Source of the DNA: Phallusia mammillata
Lineage: Eukaryota
DNA length: 64,000 nucleotides
Direction: 5' to 3'
Assembly (NCBI GenBank): GCA_965637545.1
Contig: OZ281494.1
Coordinates: forward strand, 28,644,001-28,708,000
Below the pieces are notes generated by a model. It saw nothing but the letters and a program-made list of their open reading frames with translations, did no database searches and was not told the origin of the DNA. Shown one piece after another: positions 1 to 13,740 of the stretch (positions are counted from its first letter, which is position 1; every line of letters starts with the position of its first letter). Made by a program: the position numbers and the translations under genes.

Positions 1-132
1 AGCCTTTTCGTATCGAACAAGACTTATATTACTTAGGATTAAACATATAAGTATCGTGTTTTCAATTTTAAATATCCCAACAAACGACTCTTTCGTTCTA
101 TTATTGGGCTGACAACACTCAACAACACATAC

Positions 133-713
133 CAAGCAGTCTGGCCATCTGCCCTTTTTCTCTTTCCGTCTGCACTGTAAACAGATGCGACATAACACGA
201 GTGGTTATGCACATTGCACAGTGTTGCAGCTTTGGGTTGTATTGCAACAACTAAAAAAGTCAACTGGATTTGTGCGCATCCGTGGGTTTTCGTGCCGGTT
301 TTGTGCTATTTAGATTCGAGGCATAAAAATGCCACAGCATCAAACACCTTATCGGTTAAGGCAGTTTATATTTATGAACTCCTCAATGAGAAGAATATGC
401 AAACACAGTATTTGGAGTAAAATGACACCTCCGTCGAAACTTATTAGACTTCTATGGACGAAAGAATGGCAATCGGCCGAAATTTGAACCACGTGATATG
501 CCGGTAGGTGCAAAACATAAACTTGGGCTGAAATACGAAATCTGATCTCGTTTTTTTTTGCTAGCTGCAGAAAAGACAAGAACAATTTTGCCTCGTTTTT
601 CAATGAAGAAACACAACGTTTATCACTAGTTTCCAAAAACGAACTATAAAACTGTTTTTTTTTAATCTCACAACACACTTCATACAAAAACAATTGCCGG
701 AATAACTTACCAT
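133..713 (-). CDS. Possible 5' exons of an unidentified minus-strand gene running off the window start
   Basis: ATG|GTAAGT at 713-711, polypyrimidine-AG acceptors near 565 and 251, open exon 250-133 ending in a GTATGT donor. Frame and product could not be resolved. Confidence 0.3.
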
Positions 714-840
714 AAAAAAACTATTGTTTTCTAATTTTGCATTCATTAAAAACAGAAAAAAATGCTTTATAGGTTTAGTACAATCATAGTCTTTACATAC
801 CCTAGTCTGAAAGCGCACATACATTAAAAGTGGGAAGCTA

Positions 841-854
841 CGCCATCTAGCGGT
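841..854 (-). promoter_or_regulatory. CTCF-consensus-like motif in left TIR (reverse orientation)
   Basis: Reverse complement ACCGCTAGATGGCG fits CC[AG]C[CT]AG[AG][GT]GGC[AG]. Binding is untested. Confidence 0.45.
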
Positions 855-1347
855 GGTGTGGCACTTTTGCAGGCTACAATGGAATCGGTAATAAGAAAAG
901 ACGCTATCGATGCGTTCTGTTCGATTTTTTTTACTTGGTCAGCCTTTAACTCATAAAAACGAAGCGAATAAGTTTTATTTTAAACTATATGTGATAAATT
1001 GTGTGTTTCAAACCTTATATGTCGCATAAAACTGAAATATTTGACTAAGCAAGTATATCGACCAGGCCCACCTAAGTCTTTTTTACCTTTCTAAAGGTTC
1101 CAACATTAATTGTAACAAAAACGTTATTTAAATCGTACTCCAATATTAAAAGTTTCTTGCAATGCACAATTTAAGTTGGTTTGCTGTTAACTAACCTAAA
1201 AAATATTGTCCATTATGAAACAATCGGATTGTCTTTATTATCTATAACAATGAACCACATAAACATTTCAAAGCACTTAATAAAAATCGACAGATTGTAA
1301 ACAAAACGAAATTTTTCAACTGGAAATGAAAATGAGTAATAATAGAG

Positions 1348-2330
1348 GCAATTAAGTACTGCCCAATACCAGGCTGTTGCAATTCATCACAAACAAAAAA
1401 TGTGAACTTGTTTAAAATTCCACATGGCCAAAACAAGGGGAGATATGGTGTTGACACAAATGATTGGGCTAAAATTTTTTTAAAGGTTATGTTCTATTAT
1501 CGCGATCCCAGCAACAACAAGTTCAAGGACAGAATAAAGCAAGGCAAAGCATTTATCTGTAGTTTACATTTCAATAAAGATGACATACAATCAACAACAA
1601 AACGAAAATGGATCAAGTTTGGTAGACTACCATCCCAAAATTTACCACAGAAATGCTTCACTAAATCAATTTCTTCCAGAAGAATCATTAAAAAACATGA
1701 GTTACCCCTAAAAATAAACATCAACTATGAATCACTTGAGAATTTAAGAGTCAGCCTTTAGAGCTGGTGCAAAAAATCGATTAGGAATTTAAAAAAGGCA
1801 TAATGAATGATCAATCTATATACTGTTCTTTCTTAAGTGGAACCTGTCAAACAACTGTTTTTATGGGAGTCCCCGGTATCAAATTGTTGTTAATGAAGAT
1901 CTCCAGTTTCTTTGCTTTATTGAAGGCATTCCTCTTCCAACCAACCATGATTTTTATTTAAATACACTCACAGGTCCAAATGCCATCAATATTCAATTTT
2001 TTTTCTAAAGTCCCTTGAAACATATTGCCTGTGTCCCGGGTATAAAGAAGTTTCTAAACCTTCAGAGTGGGTTTCAGTTACCAAGTATAAACAAAGTTTT
2101 GGTCAATTTCCGGAAGTTGTTAACAGGTAAGGTCATCTACAAAAAAATATTTTTACCATTTCCTTCTGTAATACACACATATTTAAACATTTAACTAATA
2201 TTCTGACATAGGTTCATGGCACATGACTTCAATATTGCTGTGAAAAACAAGATGTTTAAATTGTTTAAACCTTGAGCTCAATGAGGCAAGGGCCATGGAA
2301 AGAATGGAAACATTTAAAAAATCAGTTTAG
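1348..2330 (+). pseudogene. Degenerate THAP-domain P-type transposase (N-terminal part only)
   Basis: In frame upstream of ORF 1402: YCPIPGCCNS...LFKIP...W...ICSLHF...GRLPSQNLP (C2CH THAP). Then frameshifted/stopped RYQIVVNEDLQFLCFIEGIPLPTNHDFY, LCPG and CLNC segments. No catalytic domain found. Confidence 0.8.
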
Positions 2331-3086
2331 TCATTAAAAGGAAAACATCGATGTAATGCAGAAAAACTGAAGATTCCACTTATTAAAAAAAATATATAAA
2401 AAAAATTGTTAAAACTGTAAAGGCTAATGAGATTTTTTCTTTTGAAAATGAAAAATTGGCAAGTGTTTCAATGTATAGATATGTACGAATGACAGCATAT
2501 TTCAACTCTCACAGATGTATCAGAGAATATCGGAAAAAAATACAAAAAACTAAGGATTTCAAAAAGCCTTTGAAAACAAAAATACATGGTAGAAGAGTGT
2601 TTTAATGTTGTTTCTTGTCTCTCTGTAAGCCTTGCTTTACAATGTGTGTTTGTACGTAATTTATTATTAAAACATTTAAAATACTTACTGCAATAACTAG
2701 TTATTCTTGTGGAGTTTAAGTGCACAGATAAAAAACAAGTTACTTTTTGACAGTTTAACACAGAAACAAACTTTGTAGTTTCAAATGTGTCTAATATACT
2801 TTAATACAATACCAACCTTTTTTACTGAATGGTCCATTTTGACTCTCACAGATAAGTTACTTTATTCAAAAAGTAAACGGTACATACAACGCGTTGTGTT
2901 TAGCAAACTAAATTGGCAAAATCTCTCAGAAAGATTGCTAGCTACTGGCGAAGGGAGATGTTCTTAGTCAAATGAAGGTGCATTACAATTTTACAGAAAA
3001 AAACTTACCAAATATCTCACTTAAAACCCGCTAACCACGCGTTTTCTCCATACCGATTCCATTGTAGCTTGCAAAAGTGCCACACC

Positions 3087-3100
3087 ACCGCTAGATGGCG
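3087..3100 (+). promoter_or_regulatory. CTCF-consensus-like motif in right TIR (forward orientation)
   Basis: ACCGCTAGATGGCG on the plus strand; mirror copy of 841-854. Confidence 0.45.
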
Positions 3101-3513
3101 TAGCTTCCCACTTTTAATGCTGTTTTTGCCATTGCGCTTTCAGACTAGGGTATGTAAAGACTATGGTACAATGTAATGAGCTGGAACTTCGGCGTTACGT
3201 TTGTATGTTAACCGCCGAAAATCACAGTTTATTCTACAGACAACACAGAGAAAACATAAAGCGAATCCACAATTCGGCAACAACAAACAACTGCAACAAA
3301 CATATTACACTTTATATCGAACAGATCCAAAGTGCTGACGAGAAACGGAAACGTATTGCACGATACATTTGTGTGGAAAGTGCACCAATTATCCATTTTT
3401 AATAAGCCGTAGTACGTATAGTATAGCCTACAGAGATACAATGTTCACACAGAAAGACAACATTTACACAGTATATTGCACTACTAAATAGGTATATCTT
3501 CAGTAACTTCAAG

Positions 3514-6500
3514 TTAGTTCGTGCCCTGGTCGTTTAGCAACTCCGGAAACAGTTCCAAAAGAATAGTGTCCAAGAGCATATAACCCAACTGCGTTGTAAA
3601 GAAGATAAGTAAACTATCGTTTTACTAACTTTTAGTCAATGTTACCATTGGATACTTCAGAAAGGTACAAAGCCTCTAAATTTTCTGATACCTGTTTATT
3701 TAATTTCGGTTGTTGCAGGATATGAAACACTTTGTTGCATCCCATTTCATGTTTTTCCTTTCCAATAATCTTAACAAAGTGACCTACAAGGGAACAGATA
3801 AGATGAAAATTCTGACCACAGGTTTTAAATGGAATCATACGTTGACAGCATTTCTTCTTTGGCTGGTCTTCCCAAGATACAAAGCCATTATTAAGTCTTC
3901 TTTGTAAAAAGAGCACATATAATTTACCTGGTATAAAATCTTTCCAACACTGCAAAGTTTCGTTGCGTCGCTGTGCCTTTTCCTTCTCAGTCCTGTCCAA
4001 CGTAAAAACGTACGATTTAATGACTAGGTTTGCTTATCCTTTGAAAACAAACTTTAAAACTTTTCGTAAATACTGTGAATCGTTCACAAAATGACCTTAT
4101 AATACAGCTCAGTGATTAGTCAGCCAACAAAAGCATTTCAATGAAGTGCCTGGGTTTAGTCAAATCCAACACAAAACGCCGGGCTTGAACTCGGTAAACT
4201 TTCAGACAAACATATCAAGATAGCCAAACCGAAAAGCCGTGGCTATGCAACCAACACAAAATCCACAAACAATTTTGAGGTACATGGTGGATAGAATTGT
4301 AATCATGGACTTTCCACTTTACAAACCCTGAACTTTACCTTGGTGGGTCTTTGTTAAAAAACACAATATCACGAAACAGATGGACCAAGTCAACCACGTG
4401 GTGTTCCTGTCGGTAACAATCGATCTTCTGTTTAAGATAACTGAGAAAAATCGAAGCCAATCAAAAGCCACTACATATTTGGCGCATTCATGACATTCTA
4501 GTATTATCAGTGACATATAATACATACCCGTGTACAAAGGGTTCCAAAGTGTTTTTGAACAAGGTTTTAAAGCATAACATTACACGGTGAATACGCTCTC
4601 CGGCGTCAAAGACCTGAGTTGCTGCAGAAATTTAATACAACGCATTTGTACTGTTGCATTGATACTCATACACGCATGTGATAAAGTTAGGCACCCACCC
4701 ATGTATATGAGATAGTCAGATACGCCTGTAAGATAATCTTTTTCGGTTTTTCTATTGTTTCCAGTTATTGGAAAGGAGTCGGTTTGCCAATCACTTTCCG
4801 GAAAGAGTTCGCTATGGAGCTGCAAGTAATAGCACATTCGTTGGTGCAATGCAGGGGAGTGCATCATCATACGGCCCGCTAGAGATATTTACGGGGCTGT
4901 CTTCGTCAAGTAGCCTATCGTTTTATACTTTTTACTGTTAAATAGTAGGAAGCTGTCATTTCCACTTCATTTTCCGGCATTTTTGACATTGTTTTGCAAG
5001 GTATAGTTTACGTAAAGCTATCTATAGAAATTTGGTTTAAAGTTTTGCCTTCCGGGCCCTGGAAGCATCCCACGGAACCTTGCAATAAACAGTTGCATGT
5101 CCCTGGTTAAATGCAATAAAAATGTGGGAACCGTAACACATACCTTGTGGTCCATCTGTACTCCAGGGTTATCAGTAGTCGGTTCGTATTTTCTGCAAAT
5201 AATTTGTTTTTAAAAACACAAGCTTTGAAAAGTAGCATATTTAGGGAAAGTAGCTTACATTTCATCTGAGAATAAATTGAGTATATCAAAGGCTTTTAAA
5301 CAATCGATGGAATTAACATAATTACAAGGTCTGCATTAATCGATTTTTTTATCCGTTTTGAATTGTGGAGGCAGCACAAACAATCTACACTAATGAGGCA
5401 CATTCAAACTGGCTTAAAGCACAACAAATAGATTTAGCCGCCTTTATCTTACGTTTAAGCTTTTTTACCCTAAAATCGATGACCAGTTTAAACGCAAATT
5501 ATCATTTGACAAACAATGTAACTGCATATAGAGTTTTGACAGACAGCTTGTTAAACTTACAAACAATTTTAACACGTGTATAATGATAAGACCAAAGTGC
5601 TGGTTATTACCCTGGTTTAGGCTTTGGTGATTCGCATGATTGGATGAAAGTTTGTAGAAACGAATCCAGGTGCTGTCCTTTTTCTTTTACAAGCTTAGTC
5701 GGCACACGTCGGAAAAACTTTCCAATTTTCACGTCAGGTAAAAACTTTTTGTCAAATCTGGAGATCGCTTCGGCATTGGACGGCAACAAAAAATCGTAAA
5801 GCAACTCACTGTGTCGTAAGGCTGGCTTTGTTACCAGTTCCTGGAGAATATCGCATTCGTTTCATTAGCACAAATATAACAATGGATATAAAGTTTGTGA
5901 AAAACAGCTTGAATAAAAACAAGGTTGTCAAAGGCCTTCAATCAACCAAAAACATCATTTTGCAAGCGTTTTCACCGTTGTTCCATATCGACATTCAGTT
6001 TTCTTTTTAAAACAGTTAAGATTTTATGTTTCTTGTCATTCCCCAAAACGGACAACTTTTTTTGCTTTTTCATACAATTGTTTGAATTGTTTGAACATTT
6101 TTGAAAACGCTTCGGAAATTTTGAAATATAAGTGGCAAAATACAAATTTAACATGTACTTTGCTAACTTACCTTTAGAAATCGTTCAAACTCGCCCCTTT
6201 TCGAATCAAGGAAGTCAAAATTTGGAGTGAATATCTTTTTGTTTGGCAAAACATTGGGCGTAAGGGATCCGTGGAATTCGGTAAGCTTGCTTTCTAGCAC
6301 GTAAAACTCGGGATAACGACGGAGCACATGCCACTTTTCAGGTTCTTCGTCGTCTACAAAAATATAGAAGAGCTGAATAAAACATGGGTCCAAATATAAA
6401 CTTGTCAAAAGATAGTCTAGGGCAGAATTAAAAATGGAAAAGGCCTTTTGTACATGTTTTTGCCAAAAACAGATAAAGTAGCCTTGTCAAACTGACTGTA

Positions 6501-9500
6501 TGCACCAGTGTTACTAAAAATTATTTTAAAACCAGAGCATTTGTAAAATAACAAACATTTTGCAGGTGTACCAGTGGTAATTATGGAAAAATCAGTGTTT
6601 TCACTGGATCATATCATATATATTACCTTCTTATTTTTGAAAAACCTAGTTACAGCACACATCTGTTAAGGACCACTGACGTACACGAAAACTAACAACT
6701 AACAGAAGCACGGGGGCTTTGTCCATTGTAATTAGGACTTTAATATCAACCTAGTGTTAAATTAACTAGAAACGTTAATCTCTCATACAACTTCTAATAT
6801 CAACTACAATTGCCCTATTAACTTGGTTTCTGAAGGTGGATAGTTGCAAATCAGGGTAACTTTAAAAAAAGTTGTTGTTTTACTTAAATCCGTTTTTTAA
6901 AGCTGCAAAGCTGTACGTGAAAGAAACGTTTAAGAAAGAATGCAGTTGTGAAAATCTGCCTTTAAAAATATGTGTCAAAAGATGTACAACAAAGTACACA
7001 CAAAAATATTTGGGAGCAAATAGTACGTACAAAAATATTTTACTTGGTTAGAAAGTCTCACCTTCTGATAAATTAACACGTTTAACGTCCACCTGGAAGA
7101 AGAAGAATTTCAGATTAGCATCATCGTCTTTCTTCACGTCGATCTTAGGAATTTCAATCCTCCATGCAGAGACATCTCGAGTGATTTGAATTTCCTCCTC
7201 AATGTCGTCATCAAGAAGAAGTTGGGAAGGTTCCTCTAACTATTTTATAATAAATTTCATTTTATTCCGATTTAAGATTAAAACACAGTAAATCTCGGTT
7301 CTAGCGAATTTGGTTAACCAGGATCTTTGCATAATTCGGACAAAAACTTGAGGTACAAATGATTTGTTATGCGGTAAGGATTTAACTAATCAACATCGGA
7401 TAAACCAGATCTTCGCCTAATCCGGACAAGTTTTTTGGTCCAAACAGGCTCAGATTAACTGAGGTTTATATTAAGTCATATAATTTATCAAAAATTTTAG
7501 TTTCTTAATGTTTCACATATTGTAAAGATTTGAAACCACTGATATAAACTACAATCAAAGAAGTATCACTGGTTTAGCCTATTTAAATTGGTTGATTGTT
7601 CCATTGAATACAAGAAGAGGGTACAGAAATAACCTGACAACTTGATAGACAATTTGCTTGCATTGTGAAACGTTACATGTTCTCACTAGATTTTTTTTTC
7701 TTTTCTTACCAAATTTAAATCCATATCAGCGTCAGTTTCATCCATCAAGCCATTATCTGCCATTGGTTTGAAAGCTTCCTTTATCTTTTTACCAATTTGT
7801 TTTACAGATCCACTTCCACCTTCCCCATACCTAGCCATTGCTCCTTGTCTACCAAAAAAAAATTGCAGAATTTTAAACAAATCTTAAATATCTCTTTGCG
7901 AAACATGTGAACAAACACACATACACAATACAATTATCAATGCTGTATATGCAAATTCGTATACCTGCCTATCTTTTTTGTTTTGGAAGGTGCCCTTTTT
8001 CCACATAACATTTGGTAATACTGCAAAAAAAATGTAAATCTATTTTTTGAGATTGTTTCAGTTAATAGTTCACAATATACTTACAATGTCACTCTGATAG
8101 AACAAGGGACAATACAAATGTTCAAGGAGATTGTAGACATGATCGTAAGCTTGAAACAGTGGAGTGCTAGTACGTAATCGGCATACTTCATCCCAGCGTC
8201 CATTAGCAACTGCGAACCATCTTAACTAGTTACAACTATATCATTGTGAAAAAAAATTGAGTGGTATTGTAATTAGTATGCAAACCCCTTAGAAGCAGAG
8301 TTGTAATGTCAAAGTTGATAGAGTCACACATTTTACTGTGACCTTCATCCAATGTTGTTTAAAAACAACAATGAAATGTGCAAGTGCACATCAAGACTTT
8401 GTTTTTAGTTGGAGTCAGAAATTTCTTTCAGAATGGATTCTGAGGAAATTTTTTGACCAACTCAACAACCCAGCATAGAAGTCCACAACAGTAAAAGCCT
8501 TATTTCAATTAGCCAAAAAAACGTTTTAGAATACAAGTTAAAACTGCACTGGCAAAAGTGAAAATACAGCCAATCTTTCCCATGCCTTACTTTCAGCAAG
8601 GTCATCAATAATGGACTGCTGAAAATGAATGAATGTTGGGGAAGTAGGGTCACAGTAGGATTTATAAATGTTACAGGCTTCTTCATGAAGCTTTTTTTGT
8701 TGTTCATCATTCTGTTCAGGTGCTAAGCATCTGCGATTGAAGTCATCTAGAAAAGAAAACATTTCAGTCCACTACTGTTAGTAACAAGGATATTATGATA
8801 CTGTAATCTTTTTCACAAGTTCGGGAAATGTTTATTTCCAGGCTAAAATCAGTTGACAGTGTTATAAAAACAAATTAATTTCGCTAAAAAGCATCTTCAG
8901 TGTCTTTAGAAAGCAATAAACGTGATTAAAATTAGAAAAAGCTAATAGTTCCTTTACACACACACAATCATTCCTCAACTGAAAGCCCAGCAGACTAAAC
9001 AGGCAATGAAAGATAAGAGACACACGAAAACCACCGTAAAAGGCTACGGAAATTTGCTCTCTATAGACTAAACGATCGAAAAATTTTTTTTATAACACTT
9101 TCAACAGATTTTAGCCTGGAAATAAACATTTCCAGAACTTATGATTTCTAAAATGAAAGGTGGAAATCGACAACGGCAATTTACCGGGATCTGTAATCTT
9201 TTTTTTTTAATCAAAAAATCTAAATCATGGGTTCCCAACCTGTGGTACGAAGGTTTTTCAGGTGGAATGCGAGTAGTTTCCGTTTTTTTCACAAAAACTA
9301 GATGCGCTTGGAAATGGCTTCGATGCGCTGTTAGCAAATTTACACCGCACATCAACCAATTGGTGGACAGTAAACAAAAATCTTATTGAATTTAGTTGTG
9401 GTGCTTTAGTGTTCTTTTAGTAGGCCATTATCATTCTTCTGAATAAAATATGATTCGATCAAATTAGTTGTTCTACAAGAAGTGGTACGGGTGGCAGTAG

Positions 9501-12500
9501 AGAGCGTCCAAGTGGTACGAGATCGTAAAAAGGTTGGGAACCCCTGGTTTAAATCAATAAAGCAACTGGCTGTAAATGTTTTAGTAAAGCATTACACTAA
9601 CATTTGTGATATATCTTGGTCATGTAAAATATTACATAGTGGAAGATCCAACTTGACAATGTTCTCTATTAGCAACTTACCAACTGTGAGACAAAACTGC
9701 AAATAGTGGACAGCTCGGATAGTTTTGAGAAATGACATGAACTGGTATAACATGTCTTGTGTAGTCATTATTTTAGGTAAGTCGATATGAAGCAACTGTC
9801 AAAAAAATTTTGTTTGGTTACTGAGTTGGTACCAACCTGCATAATCTACACAAGTCTTATAAACCATCTTTTCACTAAATCAAAACGACTTATAGAATAT
9901 CCCATGATGATACCAGAAAATCGGCTTGAACTGTTTTGCCTATTATATATATATCTAACATAACAACACATTGTTTGCCAATGTTTATTTCTTTAAATGT
10001 TCTAACAGTGTTTTTCTTCAAGAGGCATATGTGTGCCTGATTATCATGGCAAGCTTGCATTATAACACAGCATACAATGTTTTTGTCATGAACTAACCCT
10101 TTTAAACAGAAGCTCCCTAATTTGCAGGAAAAAAAATCAGCAGTATGATGAATTCAGAGTGTAAAAAGTTTTCTAGGTTACAAAGTCACAATCTGTGGGT
10201 CGCTTACCGAAGTCGAGTTTGTGTGATCGGTGGATGCAAACTCTGCAAGAAATGGAACAAGTGGCCCTGGTGGGCAGTCTGCTTCTCTTGGCTAAATTTA
10301 GGAAAGAATCTTTAATGCCACTGGTAACTGAAAAGCTAACTTACATTTACTACATCCTATTTTTTGATAAACAAAATTTGTTTCTTTGTTATGCTTTAAA
10401 TGGAATAACCTATTTTAATCCGCAAATACATGGGCTTACTATTGCTGAAAAACATACAACCAAAAAAGTTATATTGTAACAGATTAGAAAGAACAACTGT
10501 TCAAAGGGGACTTGTAAATACTAATTAAAAGAACTCACAGGACTTTCATCAAAGAATATCAATAGAAGATGGTTGATGCGATCCTGCAAAAAAGGTCTGC
10601 TTTATGCTTTTGTAACAATCAAAGAGAAAGTCTTTAGGCAACTTCTGACAAAAAATTTAGCATTTTATTTTCGCTAGACAAACAATGCCTAAAAAGATAT
10701 TGCAAATGGGTTTTACCGGGTCTTCAATGCTGTCAATTCCATGAAGAATGACATTGGATGCTAAAACTTCACGCAAAAATGCTGTTCCAATTCTGTTAAA
10801 AAATCAATGTCAAAGTGGTTTAGCCAAATGTTTACAATGAATGTTTTTTTTCTGTTGCCTACTTGCTTTTGGTGAAAACCTGGGGCAGTATTATCGGAAA
10901 CAGGCAATCACAAATGCCCCGAATATAGTCAAGCTCATTACGACGACTTTGCAATGCAACATGCTTCTGTTTGCCATAAAACATCAAAATATCATCCTCG
11001 CCAACGCAACCTATGCAGGACAAAATGTTTTTTTCAGCTTAAGCCATACATAAATGTAAAGATGGTAAACTTGCCATACAAAAAAATTAGTTTTTATAAC
11101 CTTTTTTTTAACATAGCCTACCTGATTTTTGAGCCAACAAACAAATATTTAAATGGTAGATTGCTTTTTTGACAAGTTTTTTGATGATTGCTTCAGGCAG
11201 ATCAATCTTAACAAAAACAAATGTTACTTTTCTGTTGCAGTATACAAACATTAAACTTTTATACGAAAACTCTACATAGTATGCGGAGTTGTCTAGTGAT
11301 ACAGATTTCATGGACTGTAATATTGCTGATAAACATATATATATAAAACTGAGACAAGGTGACTGAAGTTTTGGCGGAGAGATTGAGTTTTTTATATCCT
11401 ACTCTAGTTTGTAACCACACAAATGAAATGACAAACAGGTTTACGTTATTGTTGCACAATCACACATTTGGCAAACATGTTTTTCAGGAATATTTTGCCT
11501 TTTTCCTGTTTACCTTATTAATTCTTCGATATAGCACAGCCAGACAGTGTCGGAGGCAACATTTCAATTCATGAATGAAGTCTTCATTCTCACTTAAATC
11601 TCTGCAAAAAAGAGTCTTCACATGAACAAAGAATATTGTCGACAAAATTATACAGAGATGGGAACATTTGAAAAGCACACACAAAAAAGGAAAATTATTT
11701 ATTATGTCAAGAAATCAACTATTTATATGAAAGTTTTCAACCTATTGCAGTTCCACATACGCTATGCCCAGTACTATAAAGTCCATATTTAATACTGTAT
11801 TACATTCATTACTTCCAAAGCTTTTAAAAAAGTTAATGAAAAAGTCATTAATGTTTAAGGGAATCTCAAACAGGACCTAAAATACCACTTGAAAAGAGCA
11901 ATGCAGTTTTACAAAGCTTATTCCAGTTTTCGTAGAATTATCATTTAAAAAACATGAACTTACTTATACCAGTTTCGTATGTGCCTTTCAATGAGGATCT
12001 CCAGAAACTAAAAAAGGAATACATTTTATGAATCAAACACATTTAACATGTAAATGTCTAAACGAAATACACAAACAAAAACATAATCTTTAATCTTTAA
12101 ACTAAAGTGTTTGTGATTTTGTACACAAAAGTACACAAACACCAAATATATCAATTTACAGACCTCTGTTACAGCCTTGTCAACTTTCTCATTGACTTTA
12201 ATATCAATCCATGGCTGTGAAACTTCAAACTGGTCTTCAGGTCTACACAGAAAAATATATGAAAACACATTTACACATTGGAAAAACACTAAAACTTCCT
12301 TCACAATTAAAACACATTATACACTGCAATTTGGGCAATAAGCCTGAATACTGAATCGTACTTTTGTCTCTCACAGTCTTCCTTTCCGCAAACTGTGCAA
12401 GTACTTGGTTTTAGTGCACCGCTTTGAAAAATGCTCTGCAAAAAAGGCATTAAAGGTGTATGTACATGTCACTGATGGTACAAACTTTTTACAAAGTCTT

Positions 12501-13201
12501 ACCATTTGGTTTTGTTTGTAAAAAGATAGTAACAAGTTAGGTATCTCATACCCAGGTCTGAAAACAAGATTGTTTTAAATAGGCAAACACTTGAGACATA
12601 ACTTTATTGCACAAAACCTTTTAACTTACCTCAAGATGATTACACACAGTGCGACCCCAGCGAAGAAGGCCCAAAAGAGGAGCATGAAATGAAATACACT
12701 GTAAACAAATTTTCTGTCTCAGTTTACATTAAATGTGGAAACAAGTGTTCATGCATTTGGTTTGCATGCTGCTACAAACCTAAATACAATCACAAAATGC
12801 ACAAATCACAACAACGCAGCTTAACCATAATTTGTGCCGTTGTATGGCTACACTATATTGGCCATAGCCAATACGGCCGATTTCTTGTCACCAGCTGCAC
12901 TGATGAGACCTTATTGGTCGAAACAGTGTGCACAGTCTGCAGCTAACTATAATTTTCATGTACACAAAACATTGACAGCAGGTTTGCATTTTTATTAACA
13001 TTTACTTATGTTACACAAAAAAGCACAGACAAACAAGGTGACATATTGTAATTCTATAACATTAGGGAATAATATTATAGTCCAACAAACGATTCCAGAA
13101 AACAAACTTTTTCTGGAAATATTTTACCTCATTGTCAACAGTGTTGCAAATACTGCTGCTGCTGCTCCCACGCCGTACGCCTTCATCTTGGTGTGACTCA
13201 T
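3514..13201 (-). CDS. SNX14: Sorting nexin-14 (TM-PXA-RGS-PX-Nexin_C)
   Basis: Phase-compatible GT-AG exons: 13201-13128, 12698-12630, 12557-12503, 12435-12362 (CTVCGKEDC), 12242-12164 (QPWIDIK), 12007-11964, 11601-11514, 11206-11122, 11010-10863 ([15 protein letters not shown]), 10792-10717, 10583-10539, 10291-10208 (LVPFL), 9795-9681 ([11 protein letters not shown]), 8746-8591, 8209-8085, 8020-7965, 7848-7710, 7239-7062, 6353-6172 ([18 protein letters not shown]), 5840-5611 (KEKGQHL...SCESPKPKP), 5192-5144, 4819-4699, 4621-4528, 4440-4339, 3992-3928, 3783-3692 (LQQPKLNKQ), 3588-3514 ([13 protein letters not shown]). Confidence 0.95.
7286..7472 (+). mobile_element. Tc1/mariner-pogo-type MITE (CAGT termini, about 185 bp), degenerate, in an SNX14 intron
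   Basis: CAGTAAATCTCGG...TTAACTGAGGTTTA; homologous in reverse orientation to 22139-22322. Confidence 0.65.
9226..9546. mobile_element. hAT MITE (older copy) in an SNX14 intron
   Basis: TIRs CATGGGTTCCCAACC / GGTTGGGAACCCCTG; degenerate 8-bp TSD ATCTAAAT / GTTTAAAT. Confidence 0.75.
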
Positions 13202-13489
13202 TTTGCCTGATATATCTTAACGATTTACCATAGATTTGGTACACAAAATATGTTTTATCGTTACGAGGTAAACATTGGAGTGTTTTTTCTTCACCTGACA
13301 ACATTTACTCCAGGTTTGTGCTTGCTTATTGACAGCACCACTACAGTTTTCACTTTTTAGTTAACAGTTTCGCCACTGAATGACGCCCTACTTTTGTGTA
13401 AACATAGAAATCAAATAGTTTTTGTTTTTATTTTCACATTGGTGATGTTCGTGTTTTAAGAAATCATCGTTACATTTTCAAAATCCTCT

Positions 13490-13740
13490 CCAAGATGGCC
13501 AAGTGGTTAGCAGTTAGTACAATCGTGTTGAGTTCGCAAGGTTGTTGGTTGTAATCCTGATTGCGCTTCCTTTGCAAAAAAAATTTAACGGTATTGCTCC
13601 AACCAGAGCTCATTTATTGACCAACCCAGTGAACTAATGTAAATGTTTCAATGGACCTGCACCAAAAACGACAGCTCGATGGAGGATTCTTTGTGAGCAA
13701 CGCATTTTGGGCTTGCTTGACCACCGAAGACAGCCTAAAA
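13490..13740 (+). mobile_element. tRNA-derived SINE remnant upstream of SNX14
   Basis: A-box-like TGGCCAAGTGG, degenerate B-box GGTTGTAATCC, followed by a SINE-like body. No TSD identified. Confidence 0.5.

Larger units (their letters stand above)
785..3165 (+). mobile_element. P-superfamily (Galileo-like) DNA transposon, defective/internally deleted
   Basis: Perfect 33-bp terminal inverted repeat CATAGTCTTTACATACCCTAGTCTGAAAGCGCA (785-817 / 3133-3165), a second 69-bp inverted block with 1 mismatch (822-890 / 3051-3119), 7-bp TSD GTACAAT (778-784 / 3166-3172), internal THAP domain. Confidence 0.9.
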
